NCBI RefSeq assembly: GCF_934202235.1
Contig: NZ_CAKPXS010000002.1
Span: 1,173 to 65,172 of the forward strand
Direction of reading: 5' to 3'
DNA: 64,000 nt
Source: an uncultured Limosilactobacillus sp.
GTDB taxonomy: Bacteria > Bacillota > Bacilli > Lactobacillales > Lactobacillaceae
The first letter of the stretch is position 1, and each line of letters starts with the position of its first letter. This document shows positions 10,901 through 17,800 of the stretch, piece after piece. The translations under genes and the position numbers were made by a program. The notes under the pieces were generated by a model that did not search any database, was not told the origin of the DNA, and saw only the letters and a list, made by a program, of their open reading frames with translations.

Positions 10901-13132
10901 GACGAGGTCACACTTCACGTTACGCCTGGAAAATGGACGCCGGGTAAGTGGGAACAGTACTCGGTTCCAACTTTGACGGGGTACACACCTTCGCAGTCCC
11001 AGGTACCTGCGAAGGATGTTGACAACACGATGGATAACCAGGTGGTCGATATTACCTACGCTCCGAACAAGCAGGTAATTACCTACCAGGCAATTGATGA
11101 TAACACTGGCAAGGTAATCAGCGGGGACCAACCCGTTCGCTTAGCCAGTGGTGTGTCTGACCACGCAGTGCCGCCAACTACTCAACAAAAGCTGCAAGCG
11201 GCTATTCAGTACTATTTGGCTGAGGGATACGAACAAGTAGGGACGGCCCAAGTACCGGCTCACTTCGACCACCAGGATAATGATAACCAACTCATCACCC
11301 TCCACTTCAAGCACGGTTTATTGACAGTAGACCAACAGCATCCGGGGAAGCCAGGACAAAAGCTCAACCCGAATGATCCACGTTCCAACGCGCCAACCTT
11401 CCCAACAGACTCGGCGGACTTGACACAGACGGTGACCCGGACGGTCAAGTTGACGGTTGGTAATGGTCAGCCGCAGACGATTGCGACCCAGCAGGTCGTT
11501 TTCAGTGGTAAGGGTACGATTGACCGAGTTACTGGCCAGTGGCAGCAGCCAGTCCAGTGGACTCACCAAAGCGGTGAGATGACCGCTGTGCCAATTCACG
11601 TTGATAACGGCTATCACCTTGTCTCAATTGACCGCGATCGTGACGGCCAACAGGTTAAGGCGGTAACGGTCAAGGCAACGGATGACGACTATACCGTCAA
11701 CGTGGTGATGGCCAAGGACCCGACGGTCAGGGTTGTTTACGTTGACCAGGATAATGGCAATCAAGCAATTGACAACACCGGATCAGGAGTGCTGACAGGG
11801 GTTGCCGGCCAGGCAGTTGACTACCAGACGGCCGCAACGATTGCCCAGTTAAAGCAGCACGGCTACGTCCTGGTAGACAACGGCTTTGATTCGCAGGGGA
11901 CAGCACCAAAGTATGATGGTGATAACACTGCTACCCACACCTACACGGTCACCCTCAAACACGCGATGACAATGGTTACGCCAGACCAACCAAAGACACC
12001 AGCTGATACTCTGCCAGATAATCCGGGTCAGAAGTACCCAGATGGCGTTGGTCAGTCTGACCTGAACAAGACGGTCACCCGGCTAATTAGTCTGCACCGG
12101 CCAAATGGCATTACCGATAACACCGAACAGAAGGTTCACTTGACGCGGACGGCAACGGTTGACGAGGTGACTGGCAAAGTCACTGCCGATAGTGATTGGA
12201 CTACCGACCGGTGGTCAGCATACCAGACGCCAACCATCACTGGTTATACACCCACGATCACGAACGTTCCAAAGGTAACGGTTGACGGTCAGACTGAGAA
12301 CCAGACGGTGGACATTAGCTATACTGCCGATCCGCAAGAGATTGACTACCAGGTAGTTGATGACAACACTGGTAAGGTCATCAGCGGCGACCAACCAGTT
12401 CACTTAGTCAGTGGGGTGTCTGACCAGGGGGTACCAACTGAAGCTCACCAGGACCTGGACCAGGTTGTCGAGAATTACCAGAACCATGGTTACGTCCTCG
12501 TTAGTGGCGACCGGGTACCAAACCAGTTTGACCACGTGGATGATGACAACCAGTTGATTACCGTCCATGTTAAGCACGCAACGACCGTCGTCACTCCGGA
12601 CCAGCCGAAGACCACGGCTGATAATTTGCCAGACAATCCGTCACAGCATTATCCAACAGGCGTTGGCCAAGACGACCTGAACAAGACGATCACCCGGACG
12701 ATTAACCTCCACTTGCCAGATGGGTCGGTGAAGACAATCCACCAGGAGGCTCACCTGACGCGGACAGCGACAATCGACGAGGTTACTCGCCAGGTCACTT
12801 ACGGCCAGTGGACGACGGCTGACTGGCCAGTATATGACGTGCCAACGATCAGCGGTTACACCGCAAGTCAAACCACTGTCCCGCTGACTAAGGTCATGAG
12901 CACTACTGCCCCGGCCACGGTAGACGTTTACTACCAGGCGATCCCACAAACAGTTAGTGGGCAGTCCAACGGGAGTGGTCCATCAACAGCTAATGCTTCT
13001 GCTAAGCAACGCAGTCAACAATTGCCACAGACTGGGAACCATGATTCTCGAGCAGTACTAGGCTTAGGCGTCAGCGCTTTGTTGGGAATGATGGGCTTGT
13101 TAGGCAGCCAACACCGGCAAGATGACAAATAA
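4961..13132 (+). CDS. Giant LPXTG-anchored Mub-like adhesin (about 2,711-2,723 aa) with a YSIRK-type signal peptide and repeated MucBP-type modules
   Basis: Single 8.2-kb ORF. The N-terminus MVGKNNQQNK...FGLRKLSIGVTSVLL is a YSIRK-like signal; the likelier start is ATG 4997, by analogy with GKNN at 23846. At least 6 MucBP-like units (e.g. INYQIVDD..., VIYVDQDN..., ITYQAIDDNTGKV...) alternate with TRTI...VDEVTG...GYTP modules. The C-terminus is LPQTGNHDS, a hydrophobic stretch and HRQDDK-stop. Confidence 0.9.
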   Translation: MVRPKERMLWFTMVGKNNQQNKLQANAKHVPHFGLRKLSIGVTSVLLSTLVYLGGNMAAQADTKTSTEPTINTVNSNNQLIGSRVTLKTNQQPTIENQNGVQTLTESKTQVASSQASPVEVPANQDANDNKAAVGKGQAEEHQLVDGDKAKVKISNNQLDETKDNSTLTLITNNFHAGDTYQLYIPKGGISISQGDVSSLSPSFGTTTFDDSNPNYYVITDKFITAGNISQNINLALAANTIPGLTTAGSYEKLTDHAFIIKNGKRIGEFDLKVVGKPFTFSEQNASTIDNVVNHSAGVDLVTEVSPSAAGVITKTDDLTHIKLVYHLPAHYTAKSIDFQTTDKHPQTLAHVDVTAATIAGQTLTLDLSVDANSPLKSLLTDGKAVRVSLTGVYDVPDSAFNKDNLYQTQLHQPTITLTDQNNYSITHDGDPVVQTVLKSGDQLNWGQIVKIDHHYTADYVNKTDGVPGNTVDVDDQHKNEGSGMQAQFTPISNQTIHNVVISLQMPDGINVHSVQINSKGNGIDDLDTAYGIQVTYTDGTTEILSIPDNNLITGQANKAIRSLSVKYATYSPDDDLSLMLNNGDNFTVAKKHANGELVQAGDLLVLQATIANDQLKPATFKTTEDRLTTYKENDQKGIFMAGIGNQQNQTPGDLKAGSISYEACSSGYGNPHFDHPVMYIQMPDNAVWDQSKPLEIQTGGTSFWIDPRSVILTPKSVTTLEVNGHIFLKVDLSDYTDVKDGFSVIVKYNNGIDFLTSTKYSPFMVVADNLDNGVGYVTHPTANNLEADDRATFEALLNQEHIDPNKVSYNSSQSSWYHSEWKINTANGTTVATMTKGNTDSGPALAGTQDINGNDPAHFTVYGSIINANSDANIADATQVINLPSTADGKSEFTPVLTGPVTLTDPNTGADLASRATITYYTDRADLSQGANSLAGKAGLSADQVTDWSQIKAIKVVFNKQPLEKQTTARVTMKMVDHHIYDDVGKTIYATSVIYSTSNHGEDLPQVVIGAATPASAKLTVVGKAQVKTVVHYVKDGVDHYVTLPDKTVTYDEGTQTMKRADFLAKDSDLTTNDRQLLPEHMVLDYAHPTIKNSNATYSQGYPNGTAAFGQPVKYDFDGDAVVFEGKVAEKVSDTHHVTETVHFVKADGTKVADDVVKKSKDFRRTGYKNPFTGEVSWAATTATDTLPVVPSPTISGYQASTTSIPAVTVDPTTNDIEKKVVYTPTKQTINYQIVDDSDHGKVLKADDLASGDSASTVPDSAKTTLQGIVESFLNQGYALGQDYQLPKNFDTNDQDNQTVIVHLLHGTTVQTTAKAVKRTIAYYDKTTGQELPTAVAHHDPQTVNFSQTAVTDAVTNQAIGYNTTGHYTEYTGANGQQVKVYTVDTKKANDAWQTTANSWDQVTNPDLRTAGYEPATDESGTAMPTIAKQTVSATDDDQTVKVYYVEHVVPVNATTKVTAGQPVTDHSPYQWPAKNQFDAKNYQSQSTRQIRYQFTNGTQAADPVTETVTFNRTGKMNLVTGAVTPNNDWQAVSSTIDQGGKTTGGQNVKQYEVVASPVIPGYTADKLSVAATDAVQGKNAADVVVTYAPDQQKLTYTVKDATTGQTLAKQVALPNGTGVSDGAVSDAAKASYQQLIDQYQQKGYVVDAQALPTKYDRDDQVDQDVLITLHHRVQKVTGNDTTVPAKSKLQLADLKKTATLDVKYINHDGTTFTGQKPTNAHQSVTLVGTTYLDLVTGELTNKPIKDQQGNDVVNAGNHNTPEISWSTATTQAVQSPSETGYHPSDNQVPALTIKVDNNATADQGLTSGTTVTLVKPTKTATITRTVTYAKDPTVKVIYVDQDNSNQPIANTGSGVLTGVADQPVDYQTAKTLTDLKQHGYVLVTNGFDPQGTAPKYDGYNTDTHTYTVTFKHATTTVTPDQPKTTKDKLPDNQSKKYPDGVGQDDLNKTVTRTIKLHQPDGTVKTIPQTAKLTRNATVDEVTLHVTPGKWTPGKWEQYSVPTLTGYTPSQSQVPAKDVDNTMDNQVVDITYAPNKQVITYQAIDDNTGKVISGDQPVRLASGVSDHAVPPTTQQKLQAAIQYYLAEGYEQVGTAQVPAHFDHQDNDNQLITLHFKHGLLTVDQQHPGKPGQKLNPNDPRSNAPTFPTDSADLTQTVTRTVKLTVGNGQPQTIATQQVVFSGKGTIDRVTGQWQQPVQWTHQSGEMTAVPIHVDNGYHLVSIDRDRDGQQVKAVTVKATDDDYTVNVVMAKDPTVRVVYVDQDNGNQAIDNTGSGVLTGVAGQAVDYQTAATIAQLKQHGYVLVDNGFDSQGTAPKYDGDNTATHTYTVTLKHAMTMVTPDQPKTPADTLPDNPGQKYPDGVGQSDLNKTVTRLISLHRPNGITDNTEQKVHLTRTATVDEVTGKVTADSDWTTDRWSAYQTPTITGYTPTITNVPKVTVDGQTENQTVDISYTADPQEIDYQVVDDNTGKVISGDQPVHLVSGVSDQGVPTEAHQDLDQVVENYQNHGYVLVSGDRVPNQFDHVDDDNQLITVHVKHATTVVTPDQPKTTADNLPDNPSQHYPTGVGQDDLNKTITRTINLHLPDGSVKTIHQEAHLTRTATIDEVTRQVTYGQWTTADWPVYDVPTISGYTASQTTVPLTKVMSTTAPATVDVYYQAIPQTVSGQSNGSGPSTANASAKQRSQQLPQTGNHDSRAVLGLGVSALLGMMGLLGSQHRQDDK
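10451..12970 (+). repeat. Two-copy tandem duplication (period about 1,260 bp, or 420 aa) inside the adhesin gene
   Basis: gccaaggacccgacggtca occurs at 10451 and 11711. By-eye alignment of 10451-10700 against 11711-11960 is highly similar at the DNA level. A second conserved block lies at 11078 and 12341 (offset 1,263). The last third of each unit is more diverged. Confidence 0.8.
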
Positions 13133-13147
13133 TTAATCGAGGTGCAA

Positions 13148-13197
13148 AACGCCCCTGCATTCAGGATGACTGAGTGCGGGGGCGTTGTTGTTTTGGT
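13148..13197 (+). terminator. Intrinsic terminator after the giant adhesin gene
   Basis: 12-bp stem aacgcccctgca / tgcgggggcgtt, followed by gttgttttggttt. Confidence 0.6.
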
Positions 13198-13265
13198 TTG
13201 GAGATAGACACAACAGGGTAATTAGCATTTATGCTAAAATGTTTTACCGAAAGGAGAATCAATTA

Positions 13266-14423
13266 ATGACCAAGTATCGTTTACAGTCCATCACCTTTGT
13301 GCTGGTTGCTTTTCTCTTGGGCTGTAATGAATTTATGGTGGTGGGAGTTCTTTCCAACATCGCGAAAAGTTACCAAGCGTCACTGTCCACTGTTGGTTTG
13401 CTGGTGACGATGTTTGCCCTGACGTACGCAATTTGTACGCCGGTGCTGACCACCATTACGAGTAAGTATGACCGGTTTAAAGTGCTGATGACTTTGATAG
13501 TCATCTTTCTCATTGGCAACACTTTAACGGCCTGTGCCCCGAATTTATGGGTGCTTTTTGTCTCGCGGATTATTACTGCTGCCGTTGCTGGGGCAATTAT
13601 TTCTTTGATTCTAGTGTATGTCAGCATTGTGGCGCCGATCGAAAAACGCTCAATGCTGGTAGCAACCGTTTTTTCAGGATTTAGTACCGCGACCATTATT
13701 GGGGTGCCGATCGGGACAACCATTTCAACCGCTTTTTCCTGGCACGTTAGTTTTGCCTTGATTAGTGTCCTGACAATGGTGGTTGGTGGTTTCCTCTACT
13801 GCTTGGTGCCGCGTCACACTAAGCAGACCAAGGGTTCCATTGCCCACCAGGTCCAGCTACTAAAAGATCGGCGGATCATTTTAGGAATTGTGGTAATGGT
13901 GACGTTGATGGCCGCGGAATACACCTTCTACACCTACATCCGGCCGATTATCACCAACGTTCTTCACTTCAGCACAACGCAGTTAAACTGGCTGTTAGGC
14001 CTTATTGGGGTGATGTTCATCATTGGCAATACCTGCGCGGGGGTCATTTCCAGCCGCTACGGGGTGACGAAGCTGCCACTGATTAGTTTGGCTTGCCTGG
14101 CCTTCCTGCTGGTGATGGGGTTGAGCTTTCAATTATCCTGGTTGGGGATTGCCCTACTGTGCGTGATTTGCCTTGTTTTGGGAATGCCGGGATCGATTTT
14201 GCAGGTGATGTTCCTCAACGTTGCAGACCATGACTACCCGTCAGCGATTAACCTGGCGTCGTCGCTTAACCCGATCTGTACCAATGTGGGGGTGACGGTC
14301 GGGTCGTTTACTGCGTCGATGGCGGTGAACTTCGTCTCCATTCAACAAATTGGTTACATCGGGGCAGTCTTTGCCGCGGTGGGAACTGTTTGTTCAGTCC
14401 TGCTGTTGCGACAACGAGCTTAA
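13266..14423 (+). CDS. MFS transporter (12-TM type)
   Basis: ORF-track ORF 13185-14423. ATG 13266 is preceded by AAAGGAGA and is the likely start (MTKYRLQSITFVLVAF...). Hydrophobic throughout, with MFS-like loops. Confidence 0.8.
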   Translation: MTKYRLQSITFVLVAFLLGCNEFMVVGVLSNIAKSYQASLSTVGLLVTMFALTYAICTPVLTTITSKYDRFKVLMTLIVIFLIGNTLTACAPNLWVLFVSRIITAAVAGAIISLILVYVSIVAPIEKRSMLVATVFSGFSTATIIGVPIGTTISTAFSWHVSFALISVLTMVVGGFLYCLVPRHTKQTKGSIAHQVQLLKDRRIILGIVVMVTLMAAEYTFYTYIRPIITNVLHFSTTQLNWLLGLIGVMFIIGNTCAGVISSRYGVTKLPLISLACLAFLLVMGLSFQLSWLGIALLCVICLVLGMPGSILQVMFLNVADHDYPSAINLASSLNPICTNVGVTVGSFTASMAVNFVSIQQIGYIGAVFAAVGTVCSVLLLRQRA

Positions 14424-14433
14424 TAATATTTCT

Positions 14434-14478
14434 CAATAAAAACAGCCGCGAGCGTTGGGTACTCCAATGCTGGCGGCT
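14434..14478 (-). terminator. Intrinsic terminator of mscL (a hairpin shared with the convergent MFS gene)
   Basis: Long hairpin 14444-14478 (agccgc...gcggct with inner agcgttgg/ccaatgct). The minus strand continues into gtttttatt. Confidence 0.6.
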
Positions 14479-14490
14479 TTACTTATGTGA

Positions 14491-14919
14491 CTAACGTTGT
14501 GGCTTGATGGTTGGCGTAGTTGCGGTCGGGGAGGATTGCGGTTGGTCAGCTTTTTGCTGCTTGAGTGTTTCAGCAATTTCCTTGAGGTATTGCACTTCTT
14601 CACTGACTACTTCTTCCTGTGGTTCCTCCTTCTTCTGGCTGAAGTGGTTGACGCCCTTGACTAGTAAGAAGACGACAAAGGAAATGATTAGGAAGTTAAT
14701 GACCGCGTTGAGAAAGGAGCCAACCTTGAATTGGGCGGCACCCACGGAAAAGGCGATGTTGGAGAGGTCAATTTTGCCAATAAACAACCCGATCAGGGGG
14801 TTGATGAGGTAAGTGACGAGGTCCTTGACAATGGTCGTGAACGCTGAACCGACAATAATTCCGACTGCCATGTCCATCACGTTACCACGGGCGATAAACT
14901 CCTTAAATTCTTTTAGCAT
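14491..14919 (-). CDS. mscL: Large-conductance mechanosensitive channel
   Basis: 142 aa. MLKEFKEFIARGNVMDMAVGIIVGSAFTTIV is the canonical MscL N-terminus. RBS AGGAGG. Confidence 0.95.
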   Translation of the reverse strand: MLKEFKEFIARGNVMDMAVGIIVGSAFTTIVKDLVTYLINPLIGLFIGKIDLSNIAFSVGAAQFKVGSFLNAVINFLIISFVVFLLVKGVNHFSQKKEEPQEEVVSEEVQYLKEIAETLKQQKADQPQSSPTATTPTIKPQR

Positions 14920-15084
14920 GGGGTTCCTCCTTTAAACTGATTGTTGATACTTAAATTTTATCAGAGCGGCTAGTGACGAACAAAGTAGAACGATTGTTGG
15001 CCGCCAAACTTGGTGATTTTTTAACTATTTATCTATGTCAAGATGGGAAGTATTCATACCTAAAAGACATTATGCAAAGAATTA

Positions 15085-15126
15085 TGTCAAACAAACTTGA
15101 CAAAAAGTCAAAACAGTTGATAATAA
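15085..15126 (+). promoter_or_regulatory. Candidate promoter (TTGACA-18-TAATAA) embedded in TGTCAA/TTGACA inverted repeats (possible XRE operator)
   Basis: TGTCAA at 15085-15090, TTGACA at 15097-15102 and GTCAA at 15107-15111 form two overlapping perfect inverted repeats. TAATAA lies at 15121-15126. A further TGTCAA lies at 15036. Confidence 0.35.
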
Positions 15127-15155
15127 AGACAACACAAGGAAAGAAGGGAATTTAC

Positions 15156-15644
15156 ATGGATATTTTAACAACGATCTTTATTGCGGCCTTAGTGGTGTTT
15201 ATATTAGTTCTTTTGGCAACGAGTAAGAAAGGCCAGTTTGATGAGCGCCAAGAATTAATTCGTGGTCGCGGGTTTAAGTATGGTTTTTGGGCGATATGTC
15301 TAGTTGATGCCTTGCTTTTGCTGGTAGTGCGCAAATTTGTATTATCACCACAGTTGCTGTTGTTGCTTTCGCTGTTTGCGGGGCTCTGGGTGTTCAGCCT
15401 GTATGCCTTGTGGGATTCTGCTTACTTTGCGATGAACCAGAAAAAGATTAAGCAGTTGAGTTGGCTATTCCTCTTCTTGGGTGTTTTATACACTGTTCAG
15501 TCAATTACTGACCCGGAACTGCGGCACATTAGCCTACGTTCGTGGAACGGGTCAATTGGGATCTTAATAATGGCGGTTTACTTTCTGACTGTTGGGGGAC
15601 TGATGGTCTACTGCGTTTACCGTGATCAACATAAGCAGGACTAG
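15156..15644 (+). CDS. Small multi-TM membrane protein of unknown function, partnered with the downstream XRE regulator
   Basis: ATG 15156 is preceded by GGAAAGAAGGGA. About 4-5 hydrophobic helices. The stop at 15642-15644 is 4 nt before the next ATG. Confidence 0.6.
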   Translation: MDILTTIFIAALVVFILVLLATSKKGQFDERQELIRGRGFKYGFWAICLVDALLLLVVRKFVLSPQLLLLLSLFAGLWVFSLYALWDSAYFAMNQKKIKQLSWLFLFLGVLYTVQSITDPELRHISLRSWNGSIGILIMAVYFLTVGGLMVYCVYRDQHKQD

Positions 15645-15648
15645 GCCA

Positions 15649-15846
15649 ATGAAAAATTTAAAAATGAAAGCAGCCCGCGCGGGCAAAGATTGGTCGCAAC
15701 AAGAACTGGCCGAGACGGTCGGGGTTTCACGACAAACGATTTCCGCCATTGAAAAGTGCAACTATAACCCGTCGGTCAACCTCTGCATCAAGATTTGCCA
15801 GGCCTTAGGCAAGACCTTAGACGACCTCTTTTGGCCGGACAATTAA
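15649..15846 (+). CDS. XRE-family helix-turn-helix transcriptional regulator (about 65 aa)
   Basis: MKNLKMKAARAGKDWSQQELAETVGVSRQTISAIEKCNYNPSVNLCIKICQALGKTLDDLF is a textbook Cro/C1-type HTH. Confidence 0.85.
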   Translation: MKNLKMKAARAGKDWSQQELAETVGVSRQTISAIEKCNYNPSVNLCIKICQALGKTLDDLFWPDN

Positions 15847-15966
15847 TGCTATTAAGCATGAGCCGCAAAATTTTGCTAGTCGGTAAGTCGCTGGTAATGT
15901 TTTGTGGTATTATAAAAGCCGTTATTAGCTTCTGGACGCTGATTCCAGAACGGGGAGGAATAGCAG

Positions 15967-17139
15967 ATGAATCTGAAAAATATTTCGGCAAAGTGGAAAT
16001 GGATTGCAGGGATTGTTATTGTTTTAATCATCCTTTTGGGTTTGGGGAAGATGCGAAAGAACGGCGGCTCGGTGACTCCACCCAGGCACGTCTCATTCGT
16101 TAAGCAGGCTAATGGTGCGGGGACTCACGTCTGGTTTATGTCGACTGGGCAGTCGAAAAACTCGGATGTCTACTACATCATTGTTCTGAAAAACGGCAAG
16201 GCCCGGACATACCGGACTTATGATAATGACACGACCCTGGGCAAAGTTTCCAAGATGAGTGACCACGAAGCAATTGCCTATGCCAAAAAGCAGGATAAGA
16301 AGTACTTTGATGCTTCGGCCAAGGAGGTTAACCTGGCAATTCATGGCGATCATGATGGGTTTAACGCCGATATCGAAGACGGCCTTTCAATGCCGAGATA
16401 TTCGCTGTTAGAGCGTGATAACAAACTGGCAGGGCTAGGGATTAAGACTGGCCGTCAAAATAGTGATAATCAGGATTACATCGTTACCTTTAATAAGGAT
16501 GGTCATTTGACGAGTAGTGAGAAGGGAACCACCCAGCTTAACCCAGAACTGCGGGTTGAACATGCAGCATTCCCGGAGAATTTAGATCTCCAAAATAATG
16601 ATCAGACATTAAAAAAGAAACTTTATGCCGGCTTAAAGCAGAATGTTGAGAATGCCAGCTACAAGGCTCCTGAACCGATGAAAGTGCGGACCAAGACAAA
16701 GACTGACGACTCTGGCAACGAGATTGTTAACCAAAAGGTCACCATTCAATACACCGATAATTTTGACTCATCATTAGTTCAGGACAACTTCTTAGCGCTG
16801 GCGAAGAAGGACCCGTCGATGATGAAGCAGCTGTACGGTTGGCAAAAGACCTTTGAAGATCTTCACGATGATATGGGGCCGAATTACAATGAACGTTATG
16901 ATCGTGCGCAATCTGACTACAATAACGGTATTAATAAGATAATGTCGAAGAAGTTCTGCAAGGAGCTGACTGATGGTGTCTTTGGGAATTACCAGGAGGA
17001 ATACACGTTGAACCTGGAAAACCCAGCCGACTTCGATATTTATGACAGTCACTTTATCGGGTATTTCCGGGGGAGCAAGAATGGTTACCTGGTAACCAAG
17101 GCGCAAACTAAGAAGCAAACCGCTGTGTTTGCCCGGTAG
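15967..17139 (+). CDS. Hypothetical membrane-anchored (N-terminal TM) extracytoplasmic protein, 390 aa
   Basis: Strong RBS GGGGAGGA. The N-terminus KWKWIAGIVIVLIILLGLG is a single TM segment. The rest is hydrophilic with no motif I recognise. Hand-counted lines give about 33-50% GC. Confidence 0.7.
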   Translation: MNLKNISAKWKWIAGIVIVLIILLGLGKMRKNGGSVTPPRHVSFVKQANGAGTHVWFMSTGQSKNSDVYYIIVLKNGKARTYRTYDNDTTLGKVSKMSDHEAIAYAKKQDKKYFDASAKEVNLAIHGDHDGFNADIEDGLSMPRYSLLERDNKLAGLGIKTGRQNSDNQDYIVTFNKDGHLTSSEKGTTQLNPELRVEHAAFPENLDLQNNDQTLKKKLYAGLKQNVENASYKAPEPMKVRTKTKTDDSGNEIVNQKVTIQYTDNFDSSLVQDNFLALAKKDPSMMKQLYGWQKTFEDLHDDMGPNYNERYDRAQSDYNNGINKIMSKKFCKELTDGVFGNYQEEYTLNLENPADFDIYDSHFIGYFRGSKNGYLVTKAQTKKQTAVFAR

Positions 17140-17212
17140 GATTTAAAAGCGTGGCCACAGTGAGTAATCGCTGCTTGGCGGCGCTTTTTCCATTAACAAG
17201 GAGGATCAAAAT

Positions 17213-17497
17213 ATGGCACAGTTGTATGCCGTCTTAATTCAGGAAAAACCAGCACAAGACGAGGCAGTCATTTTCTGGGATGCTTACCGTCACCGCAAAG
17301 ACGCAGTCGCTAAGTGTGAAGAATTGGCACGTTACCAGTCCGGCCAGCATTCAGCAGCCCAGTTGACAAAACTGACTTCGCCGGTAGTGGACCTCGACAC
17401 TGGTAAAGCTCACACTAACGTCGATGGCTACCAGGTGACGGCAGATGGTTTTACCGGCAAGTACACCGTTAGTGTCATCCGGGCAATTCGCGAGTAG
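17213..17497 (+). CDS. Hypothetical cytoplasmic protein, 94 aa
   Basis: RBS AAGGAGG lies 8 nt upstream of the ATG. No recognisable motif. Confidence 0.6.
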   Translation: MAQLYAVLIQEKPAQDEAVIFWDAYRHRKDAVAKCEELARYQSGQHSAAQLTKLTSPVVDLDTGKAHTNVDGYQVTADGFTGKYTVSVIRAIRE

Positions 17498-17566
17498 CTG
17501 TTATTAGGTTAGCAATACCAATTGCGGTAAAATGAAGGAAGAAAAGTCAAAAGGAGGCAATTTAAC

Positions 17567-17800
17567 ATGAAAACGTTTAGTAAAGAAGAATTAGCGCAAT
17601 TCAACGGTCAAAACGGGCAACCAGCATACGTCGCCGTCGATGGAACGGTTTATGACGTCTCTGGTAAAGCTGCCTGGCAGGGTGGTAAACACCACGGCAA
17701 CCTGGCGGGACGTGACTTGACCGATGTTCTCTGGAAGAAGTCACCACATAAGGACAGTGTCTTAACAGGTTTGCCAGTAGTGGGAAAATTAGCTGAATAA
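17567..17800 (+). CDS. Cytochrome b5-like heme/steroid-binding domain protein
   Basis: 77 aa with RBS AAGGAGG. EELAQFNGQNGQPAYVAVDGTVYDVS...GKHHG matches the small bacterial cyt-b5-like family (from memory). Confidence 0.75.
   Translation: MKTFSKEELAQFNGQNGQPAYVAVDGTVYDVSGKAAWQGGKHHGNLAGRDLTDVLWKKSPHKDSVLTGLPVVGKLAE

Noticed and set aside
5263-12949. Many 60-180-aa ORFs antisense to, or out of frame within, the giant adhesin gene (e.g. 9632-10129 and 10589-11131, both minus strand; 8181-8696, plus strand).
   Set aside because: Their compositions are R/S/L/W/C-rich and junk-like. They have no RBS and lie wholly inside a continuous 8.2-kb ORF with clear domain structure. They are a by-product of codon bias. 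The same applies to 23890-27134 inside the 4.1-kb adhesin gene.
13185-13265. N-terminal extensions given by the ORF track for several genes: 13185, 14973, 22062-23693, 43137, 45247, 46712, 48985, 52020 and 58008.
   Set aside because: In each case an internal ATG or TTG preceded by a good SD at proper spacing starts the conserved or hydrophobic part of the protein. The extensions lack an RBS and, at 48985, overlap a riboswitch terminator.
15846-16103. An 86-codon ORF starting at an ATG that overlaps the XRE stop (TAATG), with a hydrophobic N-terminus. It could be a coupled small membrane protein.
   Set aside because: It overlaps the strongly supported 15967 gene by 137 nt in another frame, and its C-terminal half looks like junk. 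It cannot be fully excluded without ribosome profiling.
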